DNA of 63,425 nucleotides, the filler included, from Chrysochromulina tobinii (lineage: Eukaryota), in assembly GCA_001275005.1 (NCBI GenBank). It is 7 parts of 7 records of this genome, joined end to end, with 100 filler letters (N's around TTAATTAATTAA, not from the genome) between each part and the next. Parts side by side here need not be neighbours in the genome. Positions count along the whole stretch, not along the records: positions 21,598 to 25,302 come from JWZX01000381.1; positions 25,403 to 34,597 come from JWZX01000382.1; 5 more parts are not named here. One strand, given 5' to 3'. Numbering within the stretch: the first letter of the stretch is position 1; each line of letters opens with the position of its first letter. The notes below the pieces were generated by a model. It had not been told where the DNA came from, searched no databases, and saw only the letters and a program-made list of their open reading frames with translations. A program made the translations under genes and the position numbers. Below are positions 22,840 to 33,125 of the stretch, one piece after another.

Positions 22840-22957
22840 AGTACTTTCACTACTGTACCCGGTAGTGTCAATGTAACTCTAGCGAGCGCTAAAACTCTCC
22901 CGCACAGCTCCTTAGTTAGATGTCGTCTTCCCCTGTGTCTCACGTCGCAGTGTTCAC

Positions 22958-24631
22958 ATGAATGCCCACAACGCGGCCTCCCGCCTCCACACACTCACGT
23001 GCGAACGCAGGGTGATGTCGTGGGCGAGCGACCCGACGCCGCTCGCTTACGACTGCAGTCCGTCGCACGCGCCACATTTGAAGGCGATGAGCGCATGGAG
23101 TCGGACGTGCCGGATCGCAGCGGCGCGACACAAACCACGGCAGGCGGCTCGCTTGCTCAGCTGGCGAGACTCAGGAGCTGGAAGGCCAAACGTCTGGCAG
23201 CTTGTGCAGCAACTTGGCAACCGCACCGTGTGGATCTTGGGCGATAGTCATGTGCTCGATCTTTGGTGCGCATTGGCATGCGTGGTGCTACGAGCCAGCC
23301 ACTCGAGCGACTTCCAGCAACGTGGGTCACAATGGCAGCTCGTGACGCGCCTTCGGCCCGACGATCACGGTCAGCCTCCTGGTCCTGATCGCGAGGTGCG
23401 ATGGCGCGTGCCTACGTGCGCGTACGCCAAGGGTGGCGTGTGTGGTGGAGGGACGCACTGCGGCACCCTCGGCCGTACCAGCTGCAGGCTCGGCTGCGGG
23501 CTCTCGCTGCTGCCTTCTCCCGATTCGGATGAGGGGGTAGTGGTTCTCTACAGCCCCTGTCCCGCTTACGCAGGCTCGCCGCTGATGCAAACGGTCTTGC
23601 AGGCGCTCCAAGCGCGCGAGCGCGCCGAGCTACACCGCTTCCGTGCGCTCCCATCCCCACCCCTCCGGGCGCTGTGCGAGGCCCACGTCAGGAACTGCAG
23701 CGGCAGCGCCTTCGAGCTCAGCGCCGCTGCGGACCATTATTGGAGCATTGTGTCGACGGCGGCGCGCGCTCTGCACCGGCTGCACGAGCAGAGCGACGGG
23801 CGCTCGGTGGGCGTGCTACTGCTCGCCCCCACGGCCCACTTTCCAGCACTCGAGGGCTTTGGGGACCCATGGAGTCTCACACGGCTCGACGGTGTGGGAT
23901 CTTATGAAAGGCACGTGGCCTCGGCTCTGAATTGGCTACATGCGCATCTGCACCGGGCCAACGGGACGGCGGTTGAGGAGCTCGCTAGCTGGCTGGGCAT
24001 CGCGAGCGCAAATCCGACGTCCTACCGAGGAGAGTCCTCACAATTCGAGTCGTCGCTGGCGCTCGGGATCAGTCGTCTCGAGCAACTGGCCGCTGACGAT
24101 GCCGCGAAGAGGTCCAGGGGTGTCGCTGACGCTGCATCCGCGGCCTGCGCGCGACAGAGCGCCTCCGATGCAGTCGATGGCGCACGCAGTGCCACGCCAC
24201 TCACCGATGCGGCTGCGTGCGCTCTGAGCATCCTGCGTCGCGTGGGTCGCGTGGGTCGCGGGACTAGCGGCCCTCGCAACGTCCTCCGCGCGGTACGAGC
24301 GACGAGCTGCGAGCCGCTCGACGGAGTGCTTCCTACTTTGGGATGGCGCCAGCAGATGGAGTTGCGAGCCGCTCGTGCGGCCAACGTGCCCGTGCTCGAC
24401 GTCTTCGTCGCACGACGCAGCCGGTGGGACCTACACGCAGGGCTCCAAGGCGGGCCGAACGCTTCGGTCCTCAAGCTCAGTAACCGTTTTGACTGCGCCC
24501 ACTCCTCCCTGGCCCCCGGGGCCTTTGATGCTGAGCTCCTCGGGCTGCAGCATGCGCTCGCCCAGGCCGCGGCGGGCACGCGGCAGCAGGTCCACGCCAC
24601 CACCCAGCGTCCGTTGCGCCGACGCGCTTGA
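22958..24631 (+). CDS. PC-esterase / trichome-birefringence-like (GDS...DCxH) O-acyltransferase or esterase
   Basis: TVWILGDSH near the N-terminus and RWDLH...FDCAHS near the C-terminus. Confidence 0.6.
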   Translation: MNAHNAASRLHTLTCERRVMSWASDPTPLAYDCSPSHAPHLKAMSAWSRTCRIAAARHKPRQAARLLSWRDSGAGRPNVWQLVQQLGNRTVWILGDSHVLDLWCALACVVLRASHSSDFQQRGSQWQLVTRLRPDDHGQPPGPDREVRWRVPTCAYAKGGVCGGGTHCGTLGRTSCRLGCGLSLLPSPDSDEGVVVLYSPCPAYAGSPLMQTVLQALQARERAELHRFRALPSPPLRALCEAHVRNCSGSAFELSAAADHYWSIVSTAARALHRLHEQSDGRSVGVLLLAPTAHFPALEGFGDPWSLTRLDGVGSYERHVASALNWLHAHLHRANGTAVEELASWLGIASANPTSYRGESSQFESSLALGISRLEQLAADDAAKRSRGVADAASAACARQSASDAVDGARSATPLTDAAACALSILRRVGRVGRGTSGPRNVLRAVRATSCEPLDGVLPTLGWRQQMELRAARAANVPVLDVFVARRSRWDLHAGLQGGPNASVLKLSNRFDCAHSSLAPGAFDAELLGLQHALAQAAAGTRQQVHATTQRPLRRRA

Positions 24632-25018
24632 CGAATATGTGCACTGCAGGTGAATTATGAAACAATAACTGAACACGACCGGACGCCCCTATGCGGCTTG
24701 CCCTCGGCGCTTTCAGGTGCTTTCACTTTCACACTCACCCGCTGGCGGCCAAAAAGAGCGGTGTGATTTTGATTTCTCACTACTTCTCGACAGCTACTTC
24801 AAAAACACGCCAGCGGGGGGAGGCCGGGAACCGGGGACACGAGTCACAGTGCGTAGCAGAAATGATTTTGAATTTGACGAGCGAGAACAAGTCTCTGACT
24901 CTCAAGCTGACTTTGTGGCCCTGCCGTGTCCGGCGTGTGGGGAAAGCGGCGGCCCGAAAGGTGGGGAAGTCCCACTGTTGTCTAAGTTTCACTAAGTAGA
25001 AAAGGTCAAGCTACCTAC

Positions 25019-25302
25019 GGATAAGTATCCTTCTTTACGATACATTTAGGATACAGTAAGGATACATTTAGAATACAATGTATCTTAACCCTCAGATACA
25101 TGACACACAAGATACATGCACGATACATGTCAGATACAAAGGCTTATTCAAAGGGATACATTCGAGGATACGTATCTCGAGCCCTACTTGCGGGGGCGCT
25201 TGGATACCCCCAACCCCCCGAGATACGTGTCCCGCATGTATCCCGCATGTATCCCGCATGTATCCCGCATGTCTCAATTCATATCAGATACATCTCTCTC
25301 TG
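25019..25302. repeat. Third copy (inverted) of the GATACATGTATC repeat family
   Basis: TGTATCTTAACCCTCAGATACATGACACACAAGATAC (~25079) is the reverse complement of ~6023-6058. CCCCCAACCCC-GAGA matches ~6790-6803. Confidence 0.75.
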
Positions 25303-25402
25303 NNNNNNNNNNNNNNNNNNNNNNNNNNNNNNNNNNNNNNNNNNNNTTAATTAATTAANNNNNNNNNNNNNNNNNNNNNNNNNNNNNNNNNNNNNNNNNN
25401 NN
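25303..25402. other. Artificial contig linker
   Basis: N44-TTAATTAATTAA-N44. Confidence 0.97.
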
Positions 25403-25513
25403 AACCAGCTCGACACCAACCTCTCCAAGGACGGCTGGAGCGAGGAGGAGGACCGCATCCTCCTCGAGGGCCAGAATCAGCACGGCAACAAGTGGGCGGA
25501 GATCGCCAAGATG
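25403..25513 (+). CDS. Myb DNA-binding repeat fragment
   Basis: NQLDTNLSKDGWSEEEDRILLEGQNQHGNKWAEIAKM is a canonical Myb R3 segment. Confidence 0.75.
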
Positions 25514-25575
25514 CCTAACCCTAACCCTAACCCTAACCCTAACCCTAACCCTAACCCTAACCCTAACCCTAACCC
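25514..25575. repeat. Interstitial telomere-type repeat (CCCTAA) x ~10
   Basis: Perfect CCTAAC array directly after the Myb fragment. Confidence 0.92.
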
Positions 25576-25640
25576 GAACAAGGCGCCGTCTTGATTTCAC
25601 GGCGCGTCCGATGTCGGGCGAGTTTGAAAAGTGAACGAAA

Positions 25641-26300
25641 ATGATCGTCCCCAACCTAAACCCGGCGCAGATGGCTGCAGCGCGGCGGCCGATGTCGGCC
25701 TCCCTGCGCACGCCCCGCGGCGGCGACAAATCCTTCGAAAGGCTTCGCAGCGATGGGCAGGCGACGCCACGAGCCAAAGCGGTGCCCGAGGTGCCCGAGG
25801 GCCAGGAGGAGCCATGGCTCTTCCGCTTCGGCCGCAGCCTTACTACGATGGACGTGTGGAAGATGGGCTTCTCGCGAGTCATCATCTTTGGCGCGCACCA
25901 CTGGGCCGATGCGTCCACGGCCGGCGCCGAGATCGCCGAAGCCTTTGGCTCGCACGAGACACTCTCTGGCCTCTCCGCGGAGCACAAGGACAGCCTGGAG
26001 TCGATGATCTCACCTTCCTTCCTGCGCGGCGACGTGCTCATCGCCGTGCAGTGCTCGCAGTGCGCCATGCTGCCCGAAGACGAGAAGATGATGTGCATCA
26101 GCAACGCCGCGAAGCTCATCGACGCCATCTCCAACGTGTGGACGCAGTACGACCAGATGGGAGAAAATGACCTTGGAGCCGTGGTCGTCGTGACGGAGGG
26201 CCTCGAGGCCGAGACGCTCATCGCCAACTGGAGCCCAGACGACATCATCCGCTATCCCGTCACCGAACTTGACGAGGAATTTAGCGTCTTCTTCAAGTAG
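25641..26300 (+). CDS. Hypothetical protein (219 aa)
   Basis: Clean ATG-to-stop ORF with GC3-rich codons and a globular composition. No motif recognised. Confidence 0.6.
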   Translation: MIVPNLNPAQMAAARRPMSASLRTPRGGDKSFERLRSDGQATPRAKAVPEVPEGQEEPWLFRFGRSLTTMDVWKMGFSRVIIFGAHHWADASTAGAEIAEAFGSHETLSGLSAEHKDSLESMISPSFLRGDVLIAVQCSQCAMLPEDEKMMCISNAAKLIDAISNVWTQYDQMGENDLGAVVVVTEGLEAETLIANWSPDDIIRYPVTELDEEFSVFFK

Positions 26301-27365
26301 CTCAGGCGGGAGGCGACCCCTTTTGGAGTGACGTAAATCGCCAGTGCTTCGGCCAGTGGTGGCCCAGTGCTTCGCAACCCGTAGGATACATGCTTCGAGC
26401 CGCAGAGGCGTGCACACGTGTGGCACTCTTGTGCCGAGCATGTCGTGTTTGTCGTTCATGCTGTACACGGCGTAGTGGATGCTGGGGGTGTCGTGTGTAG
26501 TGGTGCGCTGCTCGGCTTCTGTGGTGCACGTTCCTCCCGGAGGCGCTGCAGAGGAGGGTATGTGCTGCTATGGAGCATGGTAGAGCGGCTGCCATACTGG
26601 GCGGTGTCTCGCCAGACTGGGGTGTGCGGGGGGCGCTAGAGGCTACACGACACGTATCGTCGGCGACACAACTTAGACACAGAACCCGCGGACATCGGTC
26701 ATCGCAAATCGGCATTTCAAATCCGCGGTTTACCGACATCCGCGTCAAGCCTGAAGCCAATGTCCGGCAAAGGGCGCGCGGCTTCCGGACGACCGGATTA
26801 GTTATGGCCGATCCGATCTGGGGGTGGTCGATAATAAAATAACGGTTTACGGATATAAGTCGTGTATGTCGTGTATACGCCTCGCTGTCGGAGTGTCGGT
26901 CGAACTCGCGCACCGAACCGCCGCTCGGCACATCTCGGGCTCAGTCCGGTCCATGATTCATTACTCACGGATCACAATTTTACAAAGCGGTGGGGGACAG
27001 CGGATACACTGCATATCTGCACGGTTTAGTATAAGTATTTGCCACACCCACACAGCGGACGAGAACGGGCGGTATCTCGATTCCACCGAACATATCGTCG
27101 TGGAGGAGCGCCACGCCCCGCGGCCGGCAACGCTGATCTCAACAAAACAACTCGCGGAAGTGACCACATCCAATGCCCCAGCACACAGATTCTCAGAGCT
27201 CACATATTCATAGCATCATGCGCATCATCATTCTCTGAGCTGGCCGCCCAACTGGCCGGCGGCGGCGCGCGCCGTCGTGGCACGATCCTGTCGACCGCCT
27301 CGCTCTCATCATTATCTTACTCGCGGAGTGACCACATCCAATGCCCCAGTACAGATTCTCAGAGT

Positions 27366-28085
27366 TCACAGATTCATGGCATCATTTTCTGAGCTGGCCG
27401 CCCATGTGGCCGGCGGCGGCGCGCGCCGTGGTGGCACGATCTTGTCGACCTCCTCGCTCTCACCCATGATCTTGTCCGGGCGTACAAACCCACCCATATT
27501 CTCTGCGCATGCAAAGTAGCGCGTGCCCATGATCGACCCATCGTTCTTGCCAACGGGCTCCGCGTACTCCACCCCCACCCACCATCCCGGCGCAATCTCA
27601 GGGATCTTCCCAATGAATCTCACCGTTGCCCTCTTGACGTTCGCGGAGCAGGCACTCCCCACAGCGATGGTTGCAGCCACGTCGGCAAGATGCTCGTCGT
27701 CCACTACGGGCTTCGCCTTGGCTGCCTTGAACGCAGCAAATTCGGCCTTGCGTGCCTCGGCTGCTTCCTCGCTCAGCTCGACTTTTTGGACCGTGCTGAC
27801 ATCCGTCAAGGAAGCTGTGACTGCATTTGGGTCCGAGTCGAGGACGTGTACAATCCAGCGATCACAGACACCGATCGCTCCCATGGTCATTGCATCGTCG
27901 TCGAGTGCTGCAACAAACACATTGGCGCCGTCGAGGAGAGACAGATGCTGATGTTGAGGCTCAGTCCCGCAGTGGCTGACGAGCCTCTTCTTGAGAGCAG
28001 CGACTGTCATATCTGGCTGCACCTTGAGCTCAAGAAGGAATTTGTCTGTCATCGAGTGCGTGACGAAAATGGTCAACGCCGCCAT
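27366..28085 (-). CDS. TBCB: Tubulin-folding cofactor B-like (ubiquitin-like + CAP-Gly)
   Basis: N-terminal Ubl (MTVAALKKRL...CGT...HVLDSDP) and CAP-Gly WVGVEYAEPVGKNDGS...RYF...GGFVRP. Confidence 0.85.
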   Translation of the reverse strand: MAALTIFVTHSMTDKFLLELKVQPDMTVAALKKRLVSHCGTEPQHQHLSLLDGANVFVAALDDDAMTMGAIGVCDRWIVHVLDSDPNAVTASLTDVSTVQKVELSEEAAEARKAEFAAFKAAKAKPVVDDEHLADVAATIAVGSACSANVKRATVRFIGKIPEIAPGWWVGVEYAEPVGKNDGSIMGTRYFACAENMGGFVRPDKIMGESEEVDKIVPPRRAPPPATWAASSENDAMNL

Positions 28086-28312
28086 GTCTTGTCAGTCGCC
28101 AAGCACCGGGAACGACGCACGTCGGCGACGTCTGGAGTCTCCCAGAGAGGAGGAGAGCGCCAAATCCCTTGCCGTTACAGCGCGCATTCACTACTGTACA
28201 TTCTACTGTACTCTGTTCATCTCTTCGAAAACTGAGGGTTTGGACCTTGCTTTTTTTGCGAGAGGGCCTTGACTCGGAACTGGAATGGATTCGTAACGTG
28301 GTGCACATGTAC

Positions 28313-28489
28313 ATTAACGTCAGTCTGCTCTGAGGCCTAACCCCCCCGCACGCCCGCCCGCGCACACGGCGGAACCGGTCCGCGCGGGCGCCGGTCTAGA
28401 TAAATTAGATCCATAGATGTGATAGGGCTAATGGGTACACGGAAGGGAATTACGCTGGCCGACGCCCCTTGGGGCCGGCCACTACTCCC
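28313..28489. repeat. Split direct repeat, terminal copy (177 bp)
   Basis: ATTAACGTCAGTCTGCTCTGAGG...GGCCACTACTCCC, matching 32907-33083 with no mismatch found by eye. Confidence 0.95.
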
Positions 28490-28645
28490 AACCTCGTGCC
28501 GAGCGCGCCGGTACCACTTATTATGACTAGGGATACGCACCGGCGCACTCGACGAAAGAGTTACGCGATCCGTGAGGCATCGCCGTCAAAGTCGCCCAAT
28601 GCACAAAGACGTCAAAGTACAAAGTCATAGGAGAACCACAAGGAC

Positions 28646-30964
28646 TTAAGACGCCATCCGAGGGATGGCCCACCCGTCGACGCGCGGCAGTACGCATGCC
28701 CGCCACGCGGCGCCGAGACGCTCGAGGAGACGGAAGTCGCCCCGCGAGGGAAGGTCGGAGAGGTTGTCTTCCGAGTAGACAAAACCAAACCACGATTGGC
28801 ACCTCAGTGCCAAGAGCTCGACGTGCATGGCTGTGATGATGCGCGCAGAGTCGGCCTTGCCAGATGAGCCCTTGATGAGACCTGCTCGGGCGGCCCTGTT
28901 GTCGATGAAGTGGTGTACCAACCTGTCTGCAAGGACATCAGGCCAGGTGAGATAGGCACACACAGCAGCAATGAGCTCAAGTTGCGTGATGTACGTCTGC
29001 TTGAGCGCGAAATTGCGCAGAGTCGCGAGCAGCTTGCGCAGGTCCGCTGCGGCTGTGTAGAACATGCGTTGTCGTTGAGGGCACCAGACAACGACGCCAA
29101 GCTGTCCGGTTGCGCTCGCCATGTCGAAAGATGCATCAGACATGACGACAACGGCCCAATCGCGCCGTCGAAACAGGGAGTATTCGACTGGGCGCAGCCT
29201 GTCAACGACGAGGAGTAGGGCTCGTAGCGACTCATACACATCAGTGCCGGGCAAAACAGACCGACGATGTTGGACGTGCTGAAGCGGTTGAAGGATGCCG
29301 AGGCCCACGCGCCCAAAAATGGGGCAGAGAACGAAGCGAGACTTGCCAAATAGCTTGGTGGCTTGAGCGTGACGGATTGCACGTTCGCCAAAGACACCAA
29401 GCACCATCTCGCGGAGCTTCTTCTTGCGTTCCTCGGTGACGCCGAGCGTAACGACTGCACGCGTGGGAACTTGTGAGAAGTCAGAGAGGACGCCGAGATT
29501 CACGGCTGGCATGTCGAAGGAGACATGCTTAGCTTCATCGAACCCGGGGCCGAACATGTCAACGAAGGACCCAAAAGACCACTGGGCTGACGGTTGGTCG
29601 TACCACGGGCCACCGATTTGGAAGTCGTCATAGTAACCAGTCGCCGGCGTGGCGATGAGGCGCCGAGCGCAGTGGGTGTACAGGGCGGTGACGCGGTTCC
29701 AGGCGAGCACCGCCGCGTAGCATCCGAAAACGAAGGACGGCAAGAGGAAGTATTCGGGCTGCACTGTCTGTGGGTTGAAAACGCAGATAACCATGAGGCC
29801 GGGGCACCGGTTGGGCACGCGGCGAAAGGCCTTCTTGCAATCGTCGCTTCCATGACCGTAAGCATCCACGACATCACGCCGAGCAGACCCGTGTCGGGCC
29901 TCCCAGAGACCTTGTCGTATGAGTTCGTCTTGCCACCTCATCTGCGCACGCGCATACGCAGCGCATACGTGTGCAGGTGAGTCGGGCCGGATGAGTGAAA
30001 GCTTGTCCAATGTCCCAGTGATGCCGTTGATGCCATTCTCTGAACAGTCATCGATGGGGCGGATTTTTCCCTTTTGGAGAATTCCGAAGCGCCGGATAGC
30101 TCGCCAGGATCCAGGACCGTCGAGCCAGGGATGTCCGTTGAGCTCTTGTATAGAGAAGCCCCGCCAGATACCGGGTTCGGATTCGACCCCGATGCACCAG
30201 CCGTCGGCACACTCCTTAGTGGTCGCCTCCCAGACAGTACCGACGGCTTGCCATGGGTCACCAAGCTTGTCCTCGGCGGCTTTGAGCCCTCGCGCTGCCA
30301 CGGACTTGTGAAGGTACGCGTTGAAGCGCACGTTGGACTCATAGTTAAGGACGGCGTCCGCTGGGAACTCCGGTGGTTCGCCGCCGTCGGTAAAGACTCC
30401 GCAGCTGGGGATAAGCCCATGCGTCGGGAATCCTTTGAGGAAGTGACGTACGATGTAGACGTCAGGATGTTTGGTAGCGTTGACGACAAGAGCCATAAAG
30501 GCCAAGTCGTATTCGGCACATACATGTCGCACCGCTGGCGTCATGTCTTCGATCATTCGGTGCCTCAGTGGCGCTATCATGGCCTTGCAGTCTCTCAGCA
30601 AAGCCATGCGCCGATGTCTCCACGCGGCAATGTCTTCTCGCTTGCTGACAACAAATTCAATGGCTTCCAGCAAATCTCTCGGGAGGCCGAGGTCGGCTTC
30701 CTGAGCGGGGTGCGCGAGACGCTTGGCCGACTCGAGGAAGGCAAGCTTATCACCGCCGTGCCATCCCAGCGAGAAGCGCGTGGACTTGTCACGGACAGCC
30801 TGGTGAACCGCCTGTGCCGCAGGCCGCGCAGGCGGCTCGTACACCGCGGATGAGATCACCGCGACGGAGAGAAGGCGCTGCGCTTCGAGGAACGCCGCAT
30901 CAGGAACGTACCCTGCAACGCGCAAGGCGCAAAGGCGCTTGCCAGTGGGTCGCATCGTCGCCAT
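28646..30964 (-). CDS. DIRS-type reverse transcriptase + RNase H
   Basis: KIRPIDD, DCKKAFRRVP, FVFG, YYDD (29624-29635). RNase H motifs MSDAS, ITQLEL, FIDN, NLSDLPSR. The frame is open to 31153, with a likely ATG at 30964. Confidence 0.92.
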   Translation of the reverse strand: MATMRPTGKRLCALRVAGYVPDAAFLEAQRLLSVAVISSAVYEPPARPAAQAVHQAVRDKSTRFSLGWHGGDKLAFLESAKRLAHPAQEADLGLPRDLLEAIEFVVSKREDIAAWRHRRMALLRDCKAMIAPLRHRMIEDMTPAVRHVCAEYDLAFMALVVNATKHPDVYIVRHFLKGFPTHGLIPSCGVFTDGGEPPEFPADAVLNYESNVRFNAYLHKSVAARGLKAAEDKLGDPWQAVGTVWEATTKECADGWCIGVESEPGIWRGFSIQELNGHPWLDGPGSWRAIRRFGILQKGKIRPIDDCSENGINGITGTLDKLSLIRPDSPAHVCAAYARAQMRWQDELIRQGLWEARHGSARRDVVDAYGHGSDDCKKAFRRVPNRCPGLMVICVFNPQTVQPEYFLLPSFVFGCYAAVLAWNRVTALYTHCARRLIATPATGYYDDFQIGGPWYDQPSAQWSFGSFVDMFGPGFDEAKHVSFDMPAVNLGVLSDFSQVPTRAVVTLGVTEERKKKLREMVLGVFGERAIRHAQATKLFGKSRFVLCPIFGRVGLGILQPLQHVQHRRSVLPGTDVYESLRALLLVVDRLRPVEYSLFRRRDWAVVVMSDASFDMASATGQLGVVVWCPQRQRMFYTAAADLRKLLATLRNFALKQTYITQLELIAAVCAYLTWPDVLADRLVHHFIDNRAARAGLIKGSSGKADSARIITAMHVELLALRCQSWFGFVYSEDNLSDLPSRGDFRLLERLGAAWRACVLPRVDGWAIPRMAS

Positions 30965-31203
30965 CGCGACGAGGCGTCGAGAAACTTGTGGACGGACGGG
31001 ACACGGCGCGCCGTCGTGAGACGGCCGCCGAAAGTCTGAAGAGGGGCACACCCCCCCCCCTTCGGAACGTGGAGGACCCCTGTGGGGCCCTCGGATGTGT
31101 GACGTCCGCGCGCTCGGGTTCGTCAGAGCAAGTTTCTTCCAGACGAGCGGCATGGACGGGACGATCGGGCGGCGAAGGCTTGCCCGCCGCCCGAGCTATC
31201 TCG

Positions 31204-32646
31204 ATGTTATCGCGCGTGCGCCGAGTGACACACGGCCTTGTTGGCCACGTCGTCGCCTTGGGCGGCGTGGCAATCATCGGCAGCAACCCGCCCGGTGTGG
31301 CGTGTTGCGTGGCCAACCCTGCCTTCGAGAAAGAGGAGCTGGCGAAGCTCCTGGAGCTGAGTTCAATCCCGAAGAGCTGCATCCAAGACTTTGAGCGGCT
31401 CAACTTGGGAAGCATCACACGGCTCTGCAACTTCGGCGGTGGGAAGCTCGCGTTGGAGCCGCCCGACTCGGCGACAGTTGGGGTTCTGATGTCCAACCTG
31501 CGCATTGGAAGCACGCTGGCTGGTGTGGACGCGTGGCCAAACCCGAATGGTTCGGACGCAGAGAAGGTGGCGCACTCGAACCTCGCCACCAGCTTCATGG
31601 CACTGTGCCGCTACGCGTCGCAGCTGAAGGAGACAGCGCTCAGGCGAGAGCTGGAGGGCATCGGTATGTTGGTTGGAGGCTCCTCGGCGGCGAAGGTGAC
31701 GCGCGAGGAGGAAGAAAAGAAGAATCATCGCCAGAAGGCAGTGGACCTGACGAGGGATGCTTCGGTATTGTATTCGATTGACTTCGGCGAACCGTGTGAC
31801 TCGGCTGTGCTGGTCGAGACGTACCACGCGTTCGCTCGGAATCGTCTGTCAGTTGCTCACTTGAAAAGCGGCAAGTACGGCCGTCCCAGCGTCCACCTTG
31901 CGGAAAAGACGCACTTCGTGGTGGGGGAGGAGGGAACCATGAAGGAGGAGAAGCCAGAGGGGGCGATCGCCCCGTTGACGAGAAATGCGAATGTGCTCGA
32001 GCAGATCTTCAGCGTGACGGAGTCGCTGGTGATCGCCGGTCTCGAGCCAATCAACAAGAATTTGGCGCACTCGGCTGGCGTGAGCGGCGTGGTGCGCCGC
32101 GGCCAGGGCGACGAAAAGCAGGTGAACTTCGACATGACAACGAAGCTGAAGGTCGACAGGGCCTTCACTCGGCTGTCAGGTACGCTGGGGCCGAAAGAGC
32201 TGGAGATGCTGTTTGAGGACTCCTTCATATCGACGCTCGGTGGGCTGATGGCCGAGGGCCACAGTTGTGCGAGTGGGAGCCAAAATATTCTTAAGACGGC
32301 CGCGTGGATGCGCCCACGCATGCCAGAGGCTGCTGCCAAGACGCCAAACGGCGCTGGGGCGAGTACGGACGCAGCTGGGTCGACTCCTGCTACGTTGCCG
32401 AAAGCAGACAGAAACGGCGTCGTGCGAGGCGCAGACGGCGAGGTCCAGTACTACACCGCTGCGCGTTTTCAAAAGCTGCAGGCGGCTCACACTAAGCAGA
32501 TCGAGCAGATGAAGGCTTCAAAGGCTCGCATCACCAGTCAGTTCAACAGCGGCGGATCCCAGAGGGTACGCTGGGACGACCGCCGCCGCGACGAGCATCC
32601 CTACCAACAGGACGCTCGTCGTGAGCATCACCAACAGCAGCGCTGA
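31204..32646 (+). CDS. Element-encoded ~480-aa ORF, putative Gag-like, antisense to RT and YR
   Basis: Long ORF with protein-like composition enclosed between the two repeat copies. It has a basic, helical C-terminus and no CCHC knuckle. The Gag assignment is positional inference only. Confidence 0.55.
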   Translation: MLSRVRRVTHGLVGHVVALGGVAIIGSNPPGVACCVANPAFEKEELAKLLELSSIPKSCIQDFERLNLGSITRLCNFGGGKLALEPPDSATVGVLMSNLRIGSTLAGVDAWPNPNGSDAEKVAHSNLATSFMALCRYASQLKETALRRELEGIGMLVGGSSAAKVTREEEEKKNHRQKAVDLTRDASVLYSIDFGEPCDSAVLVETYHAFARNRLSVAHLKSGKYGRPSVHLAEKTHFVVGEEGTMKEEKPEGAIAPLTRNANVLEQIFSVTESLVIAGLEPINKNLAHSAGVSGVVRRGQGDEKQVNFDMTTKLKVDRAFTRLSGTLGPKELEMLFEDSFISTLGGLMAEGHSCASGSQNILKTAAWMRPRMPEAAAKTPNGAGASTDAAGSTPATLPKADRNGVVRGADGEVQYYTAARFQKLQAAHTKQIEQMKASKARITSQFNSGGSQRVRWDDRRRDEHPYQQDARREHHQQQR

Positions 32647-32906
32647 GGGCGATTCACTCCTTCTACGTTCGGAGGAGGGTGGGCGGGAGAACGCGAGGCG
32701 GGGGCGACACGTGCAGTGTCTCCGCCGCCCCGAAGGCCCTTTCGGGCCTTGAGGAAAGTGACACGTGTTCAGTCTACCTGTTCACAGAAGGTTATGAACA
32801 GGGACGAAGAATAGAGGGGGGCGGGAGGAGACGTAGCGCCAGACCGGCTGTAGGCTTCCGTTGAGCGCTGTCGTTAATAGCGCTTTGTGCAGTAGCCGTC
32901 GCTTCA

Positions 32907-33083
32907 ATTAACGTCAGTCTGCTCTGAGGCCTAACCCCCCCGCACGCCCGCCCGCGCACACGGCGGAACCGGTCCGCGCGGGCGCCGGTCTAGATAAATT
33001 AGATCCATAGATGTGATAGGGCTAATGGGTACACGGAAGGGAATTACGCTGGCCGACGCCCCTTGGGGCCGGCCACTACTCCC
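32907..33083. repeat. Split direct repeat, internal copy (177 bp)
   Basis: Matches 28313-28489. Confidence 0.95.
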
Positions 33084-33125
33084 TTAGTATCCCACAGTAT
33101 TCCTATGGGTGTACCCATTGGCCCC

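Noticed and set aside
26641..26880. Possible MITE bounded by GGCTACACGACA / TGTCGTGTATACGCC
   Set aside because: Inverted match of only about 9 bp and no TSD, which is insufficient support.
28646..33083. RT plus repeat pair as a diversity-generating retroelement, retron or LTR retrotransposon
   Set aside because: The repeats are identical and non-coding (no adenine-specific TR/VR differences). There is no integrase, protease or PBS. DIRS-type RNase H plus YR explain the locus.
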